A stretch of DNA of 64,000 nucleotides, taken from assembly GCA_963768985.1 (NCBI GenBank), contig CAVYJZ010000009.1:726546-790545 (forward strand), in the 5' to 3' direction. The notes beneath the pieces are model-generated. The model saw nothing but the letters and a program-made list of their open reading frames with translations, ran no database searches and was not told the origin of the DNA. The stretch comes from an uncultured delta proteobacterium. Its GTDB lineage: Bacteria > Myxococcota_A > Polyangia > Polyangiales > Houyiibacteriaceae. Of the stretch, positions 9,287 through 18,283 are shown one piece after another (the first letter of the stretch is position 1; each line of letters begins with the position of its first letter). The position numbers and the translations under genes were made by a program.

Positions 9287-10126
9287 ATGCTCCATTTCGC
9301 TTACGACGGCTCGATTCATGGCGACTGGGTTGCTCGGCACGCGATACAAATGGCAATGCGGCTTCCCGAGCCCAGGCTCAGGGTGTTACACGTCGAAGAC
9401 GGGCAACTCGCGGATACGGCCCTCGAGGGGGGCCTCGCGCTCATCGAAGCCGAATGCGCATTGCGGTCTCTGCCGTACGAGCTCGTGGTGCAGCCCGCGC
9501 GCAGCAGCGTAGCGGCGACGCTGCTGGGGCTCGTGCCGCCAAGTCTCGACGAGTACCTGGTTTGTGGAACTCGGGCCCGCCACAAGAGCCGTGGGTTCTT
9601 GGCGGGCACTGTGTCGCAGCGCTTGCTTCGCGAGGGCGGCTGCCGAGTTCTATCGCTTCGAGTGATGCAGCCCGGGCTCTTGGGCGGCCCTCGGAGCTTC
9701 CTGGTTCCCGTGAGTGGTCGGCCCGAAGGCATTCAAGTGGGATTGCCTTTTCTTCGGCTATTGGTTCCGGAGGCTGCGGAGGTGCAGGTCCTCTTGGTTC
9801 GTCGGATGAACCATCAGCGATTTCTGCGTATGAGTCATGCCGAAGCTGCGCGCTTGATCCAGCGCGGGCAGGACTACGTCGTCGGCATCGAGCGATCCTT
9901 GAGCGTCGAGCTAGGCCTTCCACTGCGCCGGCTCGACGCCACCGTCGTCCCGTCCGATGACTTGCCCAAGGAAATCGTCATCCAGGCCAACAAGGTCAAG
10001 GCCGAGATGATCTATATGGGCGCGTCTATCAGGTCGCTTCGCCCGCGTTCGGTCTACGGTAGTCCGATCGAGCAGGTCCTGCGAAGCGCGCCGTGTGACG
10101 TTGCCATCTACGGTACTCCGTCGTGA
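9287..10126 (+). CDS. tandem universal stress protein (UspA)
   Basis: Motifs AYDGS, GFLAGTVSQRLL and YGSPIEQVLRSAPCDVAIY; 4-nt overlap with the ATPase gene. Confidence 0.85.
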   Translation: MLHFAYDGSIHGDWVARHAIQMAMRLPEPRLRVLHVEDGQLADTALEGGLALIEAECALRSLPYELVVQPARSSVAATLLGLVPPSLDEYLVCGTRARHKSRGFLAGTVSQRLLREGGCRVLSLRVMQPGLLGGPRSFLVPVSGRPEGIQVGLPFLRLLVPEAAEVQVLLVRRMNHQRFLRMSHAEAARLIQRGQDYVVGIERSLSVELGLPLRRLDATVVPSDDLPKEIVIQANKVKAEMIYMGASIRSLRPRSVYGSPIEQVLRSAPCDVAIYGTPS

Positions 10127-12798
10127 GCCAAATCCACGAAGTATCGCCCAATCGCGTGTTCGAGCTGCTGCACAGCCGTTCGGAGGGTTTGACGGCGACG
10201 GAGGCCGAGGAACGTCAGCGTGAGCTCGGCAAGAACATCTTGGGCGCCGCGGTTCGCTTTCGTTTGATTCGCAATCTGTTTCGCCAACTGACTAACTTCT
10301 TCAGCCTGCTGCTCGACCTAGCTGGCGCGCTCTGCTTCGTTGCCAATTCGATGCAGCCCGGCGAGCGTATGGACGTCCTTGGCTGGGCATTGCTCGGCGT
10401 CTCGTTGCTCAATGCCTTGTTTGCGTTCCTGCAGGAATACAGGGCCGAGCGCGCCATGCAGGCCTTGGCGAAGTTCTTGCCGCCTCGTCTGATGCTGCGC
10501 CGCGAGGGCCGCGAGCTCGACATGCTCGCCGAAGACGTCGTCCCGGGAGACGTCGTCCTCATTCGGGAAGGCGATCGGATTTCCGCCGACGCACGACTGG
10601 TCGAATGTAACGAGCTCCTCGTCAACAATGCGCCGCTCACTGGCGAATCCGCTGCAGTGGTTCTCACCGAAGCCGCCGAGTCAGGGCGCTTGATCGACAG
10701 CAGGAACGTCGTGTTCGCCGGCTGCTCGGTTCTCAAGGGTTCGGGCGTGGCGGTCGTGTTCGCCACCGGGGAGCGCACGCAGTTCGGCCAGGTGGCAGCG
10801 CTTTCGAGAGACATCCGCCGACCTGCGTCACCCCTGGAGCGCCAGACCGCACACATGGTCCGAGTCTTGACGGCCATTGCCGTCATCATGGGCGTTGGCT
10901 TCTTTACCTACGGCCTCTTCGCCGGGCGCCCTCTGTGGGTGAACCTCGTGTTCATGCTCGGCATCATCGTGGCCAACGTTCCGGAAGGCCTGCTGCCCAC
11001 CTTCACCCTCTCGCTAGCGATGGGAAGCCTACGAATGGCGCGCGAGAACGTGCTGGTCAAGAGCCTCAGCGCGGTGGAGGCGCTGGGCGCGGTCCACGCG
11101 ATCTGCACCGACAAAACCGGGACGCTCACGCTCAACGAGTTGTCGATCGCCCGGCTGGTCGATGCGACGGCCGGCGAGATCCCAGCATCAGACCCACGGC
11201 GCGCAAGACTGCTGCGCTCGGGTCTCATCGCAAGTGAAGTCCATCGGCACGCAGAGCGCTGGGCGGGGGATCCCCTCGACGTCGCCCTCGCAGAGATGTT
11301 CGAAATCGAAGTGGGTGGCGTGGAAGAGGTGCTTCAGAGCACTACCCGACGATTCGCCTTCGACCTCCGCAAACGGAGGTCGGCGGGGGTTTGGCAGGCT
11401 CGAGGGGAATCGGTATTCGCCGTGAAAGGTGCATGGGAGGCGCTCCGCCCCTTGATCCACGAGATCGGGGAGCCGGGCGGAACCGTGCGCAGCGTGACGC
11501 CGGAGGCGCTTGCCGACACCGACGCCCTCGTCGATACACTGGCCAGTGAGGGTCGGCGCATCATCGCCATTGCGACGCGAAGCCTCGCTTCCGACGCTGA
11601 CGACGCGGACCAAGATGGGCTCGAGCGCGGGCTGAACCTACACGGTTTCCTCTGTCTCGAGGATCCGCTTCGAGGCGAAGTCGCCGACGCCGTGGAACAG
11701 TGCCATCAAGCAGGCATCCGAGTTCTGCTCGTCACAGGTGACCATCCGCGGACGGCAGCGGCGGTGGCCCGCAAGGCCGGGATCCTGCCAGCATCTGGTC
11801 CGTCCATCGACGATGAGCGCGCACTCCTCGTCACGGGCGATGCGCTAGAGCGCTTGCGCCAAGACGAGCTCTGCGACCTTCTCGAGCGGGGCGTTTGCGT
11901 GTTTGCGCGGACGACACCTGAGCAGAAGATGAAGATCGTGACCGCGCTCAAGCGTCTCGGCTTGGTGGTTGCGATGACCGGGGACGGCGTCAACGACGCC
12001 CCGGCCCTGAAAGCAGCAGACGTCGGCGTCGCGATGGGCGTTGGAGGCACCGACGTCGCGCGCGAGGCGGCTCAGATCATCCTGTTGGACGACAACTTCG
12101 CATCGATCGTCGCGGGGGTCGCCGAGGGGCGCACGATTTTCGACAATATTCGTAAGTTCACCAACTACGTGTTGGTCAGCAACGGTCCCGAAATTTTGCC
12201 CTACTTGATCTACATTCTCTTTCCGGTGCCGCTAGCACTGACGATAATTCAGATCCTCACGATCGACCTCGGCACGGACATCATTCCCTCGATGGCTCTC
12301 GGTCAAGAGCCGACGGACCAAGACACGATGACGAAGCCTCCGCGCAGGCGCGACGAGCCGCTGCTCAGCTTCCCGTTGGTCGCCCACAGTTACTTCTTTC
12401 TCGGACTGATCGAGGCCGCGTATTCGCTCCTTCTCTTCTTCTGGGTCCTGCATGCGGGAGGTTGGCAATATGGTGAGCGGCTCACGGCTGCTGACCCGTT
12501 GTACCAATCGGCGACCGGGCTCGCTCTTGCAACGATCATGCTCATGCAGATCGGCAATCTGATCGGCCGCCGTTCTGCAACACGGTCGGGCTTGGATCGC
12601 GGGCTTTTCACCAACCCGCTCATTCTCATCGGATTCGCGCTCGAAATCGGTTTCTCCTGGGGCGCGCTCTACTTCCCTCCGCTTTCCCACGTGCTCGGCA
12701 CAGGCCCGGTGTCGTTGCAGATGTACGGGATGGCGTGGCTCGGGGCGCCGCTCATCTTCATGGCAGACTACTTGCGCAAGCGAATATTCGCGACTTAG
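10123..12798 (+). CDS. cation-transporting P-type ATPase, type IIC (Na/K-ATPase)-like
   Basis: Motifs LTGES, IIVANVPEGLL, CTDKTGTLT, KGA, VTGDH, TGDGVNDAPALK, SNGPEI and IDLGTD. Confidence 0.95.
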   Translation: MSQIHEVSPNRVFELLHSRSEGLTATEAEERQRELGKNILGAAVRFRLIRNLFRQLTNFFSLLLDLAGALCFVANSMQPGERMDVLGWALLGVSLLNALFAFLQEYRAERAMQALAKFLPPRLMLRREGRELDMLAEDVVPGDVVLIREGDRISADARLVECNELLVNNAPLTGESAAVVLTEAAESGRLIDSRNVVFAGCSVLKGSGVAVVFATGERTQFGQVAALSRDIRRPASPLERQTAHMVRVLTAIAVIMGVGFFTYGLFAGRPLWVNLVFMLGIIVANVPEGLLPTFTLSLAMGSLRMARENVLVKSLSAVEALGAVHAICTDKTGTLTLNELSIARLVDATAGEIPASDPRRARLLRSGLIASEVHRHAERWAGDPLDVALAEMFEIEVGGVEEVLQSTTRRFAFDLRKRRSAGVWQARGESVFAVKGAWEALRPLIHEIGEPGGTVRSVTPEALADTDALVDTLASEGRRIIAIATRSLASDADDADQDGLERGLNLHGFLCLEDPLRGEVADAVEQCHQAGIRVLLVTGDHPRTAAAVARKAGILPASGPSIDDERALLVTGDALERLRQDELCDLLERGVCVFARTTPEQKMKIVTALKRLGLVVAMTGDGVNDAPALKAADVGVAMGVGGTDVAREAAQIILLDDNFASIVAGVAEGRTIFDNIRKFTNYVLVSNGPEILPYLIYILFPVPLALTIIQILTIDLGTDIIPSMALGQEPTDQDTMTKPPRRRDEPLLSFPLVAHSYFFLGLIEAAYSLLLFFWVLHAGGWQYGERLTAADPLYQSATGLALATIMLMQIGNLIGRRSATRSGLDRGLFTNPLILIGFALEIGFSWGALYFPPLSHVLGTGPVSLQMYGMAWLGAPLIFMADYLRKRIFAT

Positions 12799-13070
12799 AT
12801 GCCGAGGTTCGCGAGGCTCTCGGACATGCTGCGCAGGATCTCCGCAAATCTCGGGTGCGATGTCTCGAGATCTTCGATGAGCGCGGCGATGCGCTTGCTG
12901 ACCGGGCCGCCCGCGACGTCCTTTCTCGCCGCGTCAGCCCGGCGAAGCGCCTCGTCGATCTCGCGCACGGCGTCCAGCAGGGCCGTCCGGTCGGCGGGCT
13001 CGATCTCAGCGCCAGACTCGAGCTCCTCATGAAGAGCACTCAACGCCTCTTTCAACTGCTGACGGGGCAT
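12795..13070 (-). CDS. DUF4404 family protein
   Basis: Begins LKEALSALHEEL and ends LETSHPRFAEILRSMSESLANLGI, the typical C-terminus of this family. Confidence 0.8.
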   Translation of the reverse strand: MPRQQLKEALSALHEELESGAEIEPADRTALLDAVREIDEALRRADAARKDVAGGPVSKRIAALIEDLETSHPRFAEILRSMSESLANLGI

Positions 13071-13173
13071 GTGCCGAATCCTGCCGCCATTCGGGGAGAA
13101 GGGGAAGAGAAAACATCAGGACCCTACGGTGCCGCGAGGATGTGGAGCTCTGCGCAGCTCGGACGGCCGCGGG

Positions 13174-13398
13174 TCATGTGCAGAGTGCGAGCGCCTCGTC
13201 GATACACATTTGGCGAACGTTGTCGGGGACAGTATCGCACTGGGCGGCCGCCTCTTCACACGCCGGCTTCAGATCCAGATTGGAACAACTGGAGCAGTCC
13301 CTTGCTGCGGTGTCCCCGCATCCGGAAAGGGACGCGATCGTCCAAACGAAAGCCATCAGCGGAAGCCGCCTGATTCGGACGGTCTGAAATGTCGTCAT
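13174..13398 (-). CDS. small Cys-rich lipoprotein
   Basis: GAGGGG upstream; lipobox LSGC; six further Cys in 47 residues. Confidence 0.6.
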   Translation of the reverse strand: MTTFQTVRIRRLPLMAFVWTIASLSGCGDTAARDCSSCSNLDLKPACEEAAAQCDTVPDNVRQMCIDEALALCT

Positions 13399-13602
13399 GC
13401 TTTCCCCTCTTTCCGGAATCCCGGGACGCTAGAGCGCCACTAGGGGACGGAGCATAGCTCCAAACGCCGACTCGAGGGCACACGTCTTTTTGCCCGACCC
13501 GCACTCTGGGCGGTATACACGCTGCCCGACCGACCGCGTTTCGGTCAGGAGAAGGGGCGCTCCTTGTTCGCAAAAGGGTCGGTGAGCTCGATACGCCGTG
13601 CC

Positions 13603-14913
13603 ATGCGCTTCTCGCTTGCGGATGCTCTCTTTTACGCGCTCATGGTGGGCTCCGGGGAGGTCTATTTCCTCGCTGATGCGGTGCGGCTCGGCGCGACGGC
13701 GCTCGAGCAGGCATTGGTCATCACGCTGCCGCTTTGTGTAGGGACGCTCGGCCCTCTGCTGGCCTTGGGCCTGCTCGGCCGGTTTCGCCGCCGCAAGGCG
13801 GTCGTCGTCCCAGCGGCGATGACGCAGTCGCTCGTCCTGTTCACGATTGTCGTCACCGATCTGTCGGGAGCTCTGTCGCCACGAGTGCTCATCGGATTGG
13901 CATCAGCGTACCAGATCTGCGCCCAAGCCGCGGGGACCGCCTGGGCCTCGTGGTATGGAGACCTCGTGCCCGCGCGCATGCGGGGCCGCTACTTCGCGAC
14001 CCGAAACCGCATTGCCCAAATGGCAACCTCGGGTTCGCTGATCGTTGCCGGCCTGTTGCTACAGCGGCTCGAGCCCGGTGCAGCGGGTGAAGTTGCGCCA
14101 GGGGCTGGCGGGCTCGGATACGCGATCATCTTCGGCGCTGCCGGTGCGTTTCGGTTGGTTTCGGTCGTGTTGCTCTCCGCGTCACCCGAGCCCCGAGCCG
14201 ACTTGCTCAGCAATCGACGCGAGACTCTATCGTTCGCGCGTTCGGACGAAGCCCTGCCTGTCCGCCGCATTCTGCTGTTCGCCGCTGCATTGCAGCTCAC
14301 CGTGTACATGGCCTCTCCCTACTTCGGCCCGTTCATGCTTCAAGAGCTCCGCTTGACCTACGCCGAGTACATGGCCGGTAGCGTTGCCGTCGTGGTCATG
14401 AAGTTCACTTCGCTGCCTGCCTGGGGTCGCATGATCGATCGGTACGGAGCACGCGCAGCGTTTCTCTTGGCCGTGGTTCTCGTCGCCCTCGTGCCCCTGC
14501 CGTGGCTCTGGGTCCGTGGCGTGGCCATGGTTGTCGCTGCGCAGGCATTGTCGGGCTTTTCGTGGGGGGGACACGAGGTGTCTCAGTTCTCGCTCCTACT
14601 CGAGAGCAGCCATGCCCGGTCACGCCTTCACGTGTTCGCGATGATGAGTGTGTTCACCGGCGTTGCCCAGCTCGTCGGAAGCCTGCTCGGTGGCTGGTTG
14701 CTGATGAAGGTCGATCGAAACTTCCTCGTCGTCTTCGTCGTGAGCGCGCTCTGTCGTCTTGGCGTAGCCCTCGCTGCACCGGCGATCATTCCCGCTGGCG
14801 TCGGCGCACCGGGCATCGGCCGGCGTCGGCTCTTCCTCAGGCTTCTCGGCTTTCGGGTCAGTGGCGGCATGGAGAGCCGCCCGATTCCCTTCGACGAGGC
14901 CGACGACGACTGA
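13603..14913 (+). CDS. MFS transporter
   Basis: About 12 TM helices; motifs WYGDLVP..RGRYF..R and WGRMIDRYG. The start is uncertain (TTG 13564 or ATG 13603). Confidence 0.85.
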   Translation: MRFSLADALFYALMVGSGEVYFLADAVRLGATALEQALVITLPLCVGTLGPLLALGLLGRFRRRKAVVVPAAMTQSLVLFTIVVTDLSGALSPRVLIGLASAYQICAQAAGTAWASWYGDLVPARMRGRYFATRNRIAQMATSGSLIVAGLLLQRLEPGAAGEVAPGAGGLGYAIIFGAAGAFRLVSVVLLSASPEPRADLLSNRRETLSFARSDEALPVRRILLFAAALQLTVYMASPYFGPFMLQELRLTYAEYMAGSVAVVVMKFTSLPAWGRMIDRYGARAAFLLAVVLVALVPLPWLWVRGVAMVVAAQALSGFSWGGHEVSQFSLLLESSHARSRLHVFAMMSVFTGVAQLVGSLLGGWLLMKVDRNFLVVFVVSALCRLGVALAAPAIIPAGVGAPGIGRRRLFLRLLGFRVSGGMESRPIPFDEADDD

Positions 14914-14933
14914 GCAGCCTCGGCGTCGAAGGG

Positions 14934-16106
14934 TCACTCCGTGATACGCAGCAAACGGACCTTCAGATAGTTGCCCTCCGGAAAGGCGCTTAGGACCGGA
15001 TGGTCGGGCGCGGCGCCCCAGGACTCGACGATCTGCGCGGAGCGATTTGCAGCCCGTGCGGCATCGCGAAGGGACGCCTCGAATACATCGACGCTGATGT
15101 GGCTCGAGCACGATGCTGCGAGGTAGAGCCCTCCATCTTCGACGTGCCGCAAGCAGCTCCGATGGAGACTGCGGTATGCGCGGATTGCCGCCGGAATGGT
15201 TCGCTTGCTCGGAGCGAAGCTTGGTGGGTCAGCGATCACGAGATCGAAGCGTTCGTCGCCCCCGAGCGCATGCATGAAACGGGCGACATCGGAGGCCACG
15301 ACACGGTGTCGGTGCGGTTGCAGAGAATTGATGTTCCAGCTTTGGGTTGCAAGCTCGAGTGCGGGACGCGCGGAGTCGACCGTCACGACTTCCTTGGCGC
15401 CGCCGAGTCCGGCGGCTACTGAAAAACCGCCCGTGTATCCGTAGAGGTTCAGCACCCGGCAGTGGTCGCTCAACTGACGAATCCGCCAGCGCGACTCGCG
15501 ATGGTCCAAAAAGAGTCCTGTCTTCTGCCCGTGCCAGAGGCTCGCCATCAATTTCATACCCCGCTCGACCACGGTCACGAGCTCGGGCGGGGGCTCTCCC
15601 CAGATGTGCTGCACTCCAAAATCTTCGTCCTTCGGCACGCGCGCCACAGCCCCACGCACGCCGATCCGTTGGAAGTGTGGTCGCAACACCTCCAGCCACA
15701 CCGGCAGCCAGGGATGCAGTGCCTGACTGTCGAAGCGCAGCACCGCATAGGCTGCATAGATGTCGACCACGAAACCTGGCAGACGGTCGCCCTCCCCATG
15801 AACGAGACGATAGGTGTTCGTATTCGGAGGCAGGACCCGTTCACGCAGCTCGCAGGCAGCGCTAAGCCGTTCGGCGAACAGGCGCGCGTCCAGCGGCTCA
15901 TCGCCGATGCTGAACATTCGCACTGCAATCGGGCCCAGGTCCGAGATGCCGCGGCCAATCAATCGGCCGTTGCGACCCTGTACCGCAACGACCGCCCCAG
16001 CGACCGTTGGCGGGCTGTGCAGCGCCCGTCTGTATATCCATGGGTGGCCCGCATGCAACATACGCTCCAAAGGGACCCGGAGCCTCAGCGTAGTCTCTTG
16101 CGTCAC
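14934..16106 (-). CDS. rlmI: RlmI-like 23S rRNA m5C methyltransferase
   Basis: PUA domain GHPWIY; motifs RLVHGEGDRLPG, GQKTGLFLDHR, VLNLYGYTGGFS, DPPSFA, SCS and DHP..PEGNYLK. Confidence 0.85.
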   Translation of the reverse strand: MTQETTLRLRVPLERMLHAGHPWIYRRALHSPPTVAGAVVAVQGRNGRLIGRGISDLGPIAVRMFSIGDEPLDARLFAERLSAACELRERVLPPNTNTYRLVHGEGDRLPGFVVDIYAAYAVLRFDSQALHPWLPVWLEVLRPHFQRIGVRGAVARVPKDEDFGVQHIWGEPPPELVTVVERGMKLMASLWHGQKTGLFLDHRESRWRIRQLSDHCRVLNLYGYTGGFSVAAGLGGAKEVVTVDSARPALELATQSWNINSLQPHRHRVVASDVARFMHALGGDERFDLVIADPPSFAPSKRTIPAAIRAYRSLHRSCLRHVEDGGLYLAASCSSHISVDVFEASLRDAARAANRSAQIVESWGAAPDHPVLSAFPEGNYLKVRLLRITE

Positions 16107-16184
16107 AGGGGCTGCCGATCTCCTTCGACCCGTCGTCGCGTAGGTTCATCGCGGCGGAATCTGATACTGTCCCGCCGCCCCGTC

Positions 16185-17411
16185 ATGACGCAAGTGCCGA
16201 AATCACTCCGACCGCGCTTTCCCCTTTCCTTAGTCAACCTTCTTGGCGATCCGCTGCGCGAGCCGCTCCTCCGCATCGATGCCGAACGGGTGATGAGGCT
16301 TGCCGAGCGTCTCACGGGGCTCCGCGATTATGGTGATCCCGACGGGGCTTTCCGAGAACGCCTGAACCAAACGATCGAGCTCGTCCTTCGAACCGATTGG
16401 AACACTGTCGGCCGATTCGGCGTTCGCTACATTTTGCACTGGCACCTCAGCAATCGCCTGCGTCTCGTCGAGCTCCTCAAGCAACGGCCCGAGCTCCAAG
16501 ACATCGAGATCCAACGACCAGTCGTCATCACTGGCCTGTTCCGAACGGGAAGCACGTACTTGCAAAATGTCATGGCCGCCGATCCAAGCAGTCGCACCGG
16601 TCAGATGTGGGAGCTCGCCCATCCCGTAGGGCGACGGCGCGACTTGATGGGAGACGCGAAGTGGCGGCGTTGGCGCGGCGGCCACGAGGTATCGATGGAC
16701 GAGCTCATGGTCCCGGAGCAGGCAGAGGCGCACATGGTCAAAGCCGACGCTACCGAGGAGGACTTCTTTCTGCTCGAAAACGACATGGCGATCATGAAGT
16801 TCTTTGTCGGCTTTGGCGCCTTCGCGCATGCGGAACGGATGCTCGACTGGGACATGGTCGGGCCGTACCAATGGCACAAGCGGCAACTTCAGATCCTGTG
16901 GGAGCAGCGCTCTGCAACACGTTGGCTTCTGAAGTGTCCGTGGCACATGTGGAACTTAAACGCGCTCCTGGCGGTGTACCCGGATGCACGGATCATTCAG
17001 ACTCATCGCAACCTCGTCGACACCATAGGCTCACAGTGCAGTCTCAACGCCCGCATCGCGGCGAAGTTTCAACGGAACCTGGATTTGCACGAGCTCGGCC
17101 GCTTCTGGCTCGACTTTTCAACGCGCGGGATCGAGCGCGGCCTGCATGCGAGAAGAGAGCTCCCGTCGTCACAGGTCTACGATGTAAGGCTCCAGGACCT
17201 TCGATCCAGGCCGCTCGAGCTGATCGAGGACATCTACAACAGGTTCGAGCTTCCCTTTGACGGCAAACTAGCGGATCAACTTCGGGCCCGAATCGCCGAA
17301 GAGCCGACTGCGCAACTGGGCGAGCACGACTACGACATCACGGACTACGGGCTCTCCGACGAGCGAATTGAGACCCGCTTTGCCGACTATAGGCAGCGCT
17401 TCGACGTGTAA
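16185..17411 (+). CDS. sulfotransferase (Sulfotransfer_3 family)
   Basis: PAPS loop ITGLFRTGSTYL; motifs WLLKCPWH and YPDARIIQTHR. The true start is MTQVPK; the longer ORF is a shadow of rlmI. Confidence 0.85.
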   Translation: MTQVPKSLRPRFPLSLVNLLGDPLREPLLRIDAERVMRLAERLTGLRDYGDPDGAFRERLNQTIELVLRTDWNTVGRFGVRYILHWHLSNRLRLVELLKQRPELQDIEIQRPVVITGLFRTGSTYLQNVMAADPSSRTGQMWELAHPVGRRRDLMGDAKWRRWRGGHEVSMDELMVPEQAEAHMVKADATEEDFFLLENDMAIMKFFVGFGAFAHAERMLDWDMVGPYQWHKRQLQILWEQRSATRWLLKCPWHMWNLNALLAVYPDARIIQTHRNLVDTIGSQCSLNARIAAKFQRNLDLHELGRFWLDFSTRGIERGLHARRELPSSQVYDVRLQDLRSRPLELIEDIYNRFELPFDGKLADQLRARIAEEPTAQLGEHDYDITDYGLSDERIETRFADYRQRFDV

Positions 17412-17422
17412 CACGGTCACCC

Positions 17423-18148
17423 CTACGCTACAGTGACGAGGATCGTCGCGACGAAGCCCGCGCCGGCGTCCCCGCTGATCATCGCCAGCGGCGGTAGCGC
17501 CCCGCCGGCTACGGAATCGAGGTCGTTTGGAGTATCTTTCTGCCCACGAGCGTCGTAGGGCGAGGTCGCATAGATTGCGGTGGTCGTTTGCTCAGGGAAA
17601 TAGAGTTGCGAGGTGGCTTCCGTAAGGCTCGAAGTATGCACCTTGAAGTGGATGTGCGTGGTTCGGCCTGGGTACCAACCGGGGTAGATGCTGTCGAATT
17701 CGGCAATACCCTCTGCGTCGGTCACTTGAGTGCCGCGGAGAAAGGTCTGTCCACTCGTGTCCAGGTTTCCGAGTTGACCTGGGAACCCCGAATAGACGCC
17801 ATCGGCATCGCAGTGCCAGAGATCCACGGCGATGTCCTTGAGTGGCGCGCAAGCTTCGTCCTGCACCTGCACGACGACGCGCAGCGCTTTGCCCGGCTTC
17901 CCTTCGGTGATGTCGCGACGAAGCATGTCGAGGTCGAGGTAGTAAGGGCCTTCGGTCTGTTGTGGGTAGACGGTACACAGATTGCCGCCGTCTGAGCCTC
18001 CGGTGCCAGCGTCTGAGCCTGCGGTCCCACCGGTCCCAGCGTCGGACCCCGCCGCTTCATCCGTCCCACAGGCACCGGTGCCTAAAAGCGTGCTTGCGGT
18101 AAGGCCGGCAAGCATGTTTCTTCCAAAGTCTCGTCGGGTCAGGGTCAT
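17423..18148 (-). CDS. Tat-exported intradiol ring-cleavage dioxygenase-like lipoprotein
   Basis: GGAGG RBS; twin-Arg motif TRRDF and a TGAC lipobox; motifs TEGPYY, DLWHCDADGVYS, FLRGTQ and PGWYPGRTTHIHFKV. Confidence 0.85.
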   Translation of the reverse strand: MTLTRRDFGRNMLAGLTASTLLGTGACGTDEAAGSDAGTGGTAGSDAGTGGSDGGNLCTVYPQQTEGPYYLDLDMLRRDITEGKPGKALRVVVQVQDEACAPLKDIAVDLWHCDADGVYSGFPGQLGNLDTSGQTFLRGTQVTDAEGIAEFDSIYPGWYPGRTTHIHFKVHTSSLTEATSQLYFPEQTTTAIYATSPYDARGQKDTPNDLDSVAGGALPPLAMISGDAGAGFVATILVTVA

Positions 18149-18283
18149 GGCACCTCCGATGGGATACTGATCGAAGTATAGTCGACGAGTCGTGCCGCCG
18201 CAGGCGCATCGGTGAGCGTGGGGTGACTGCTTGCCACGAGGCTGCGTCCCTGAGATGTTCATCCCATGGGCGCACGACAAGCG

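Noticed and set aside
15462-16184. N-terminal 241-aa extension of the sulfotransferase ORF
   Set aside because: It is the antisense shadow of rlmI; homology-like sequence starts only at ATG 16185.
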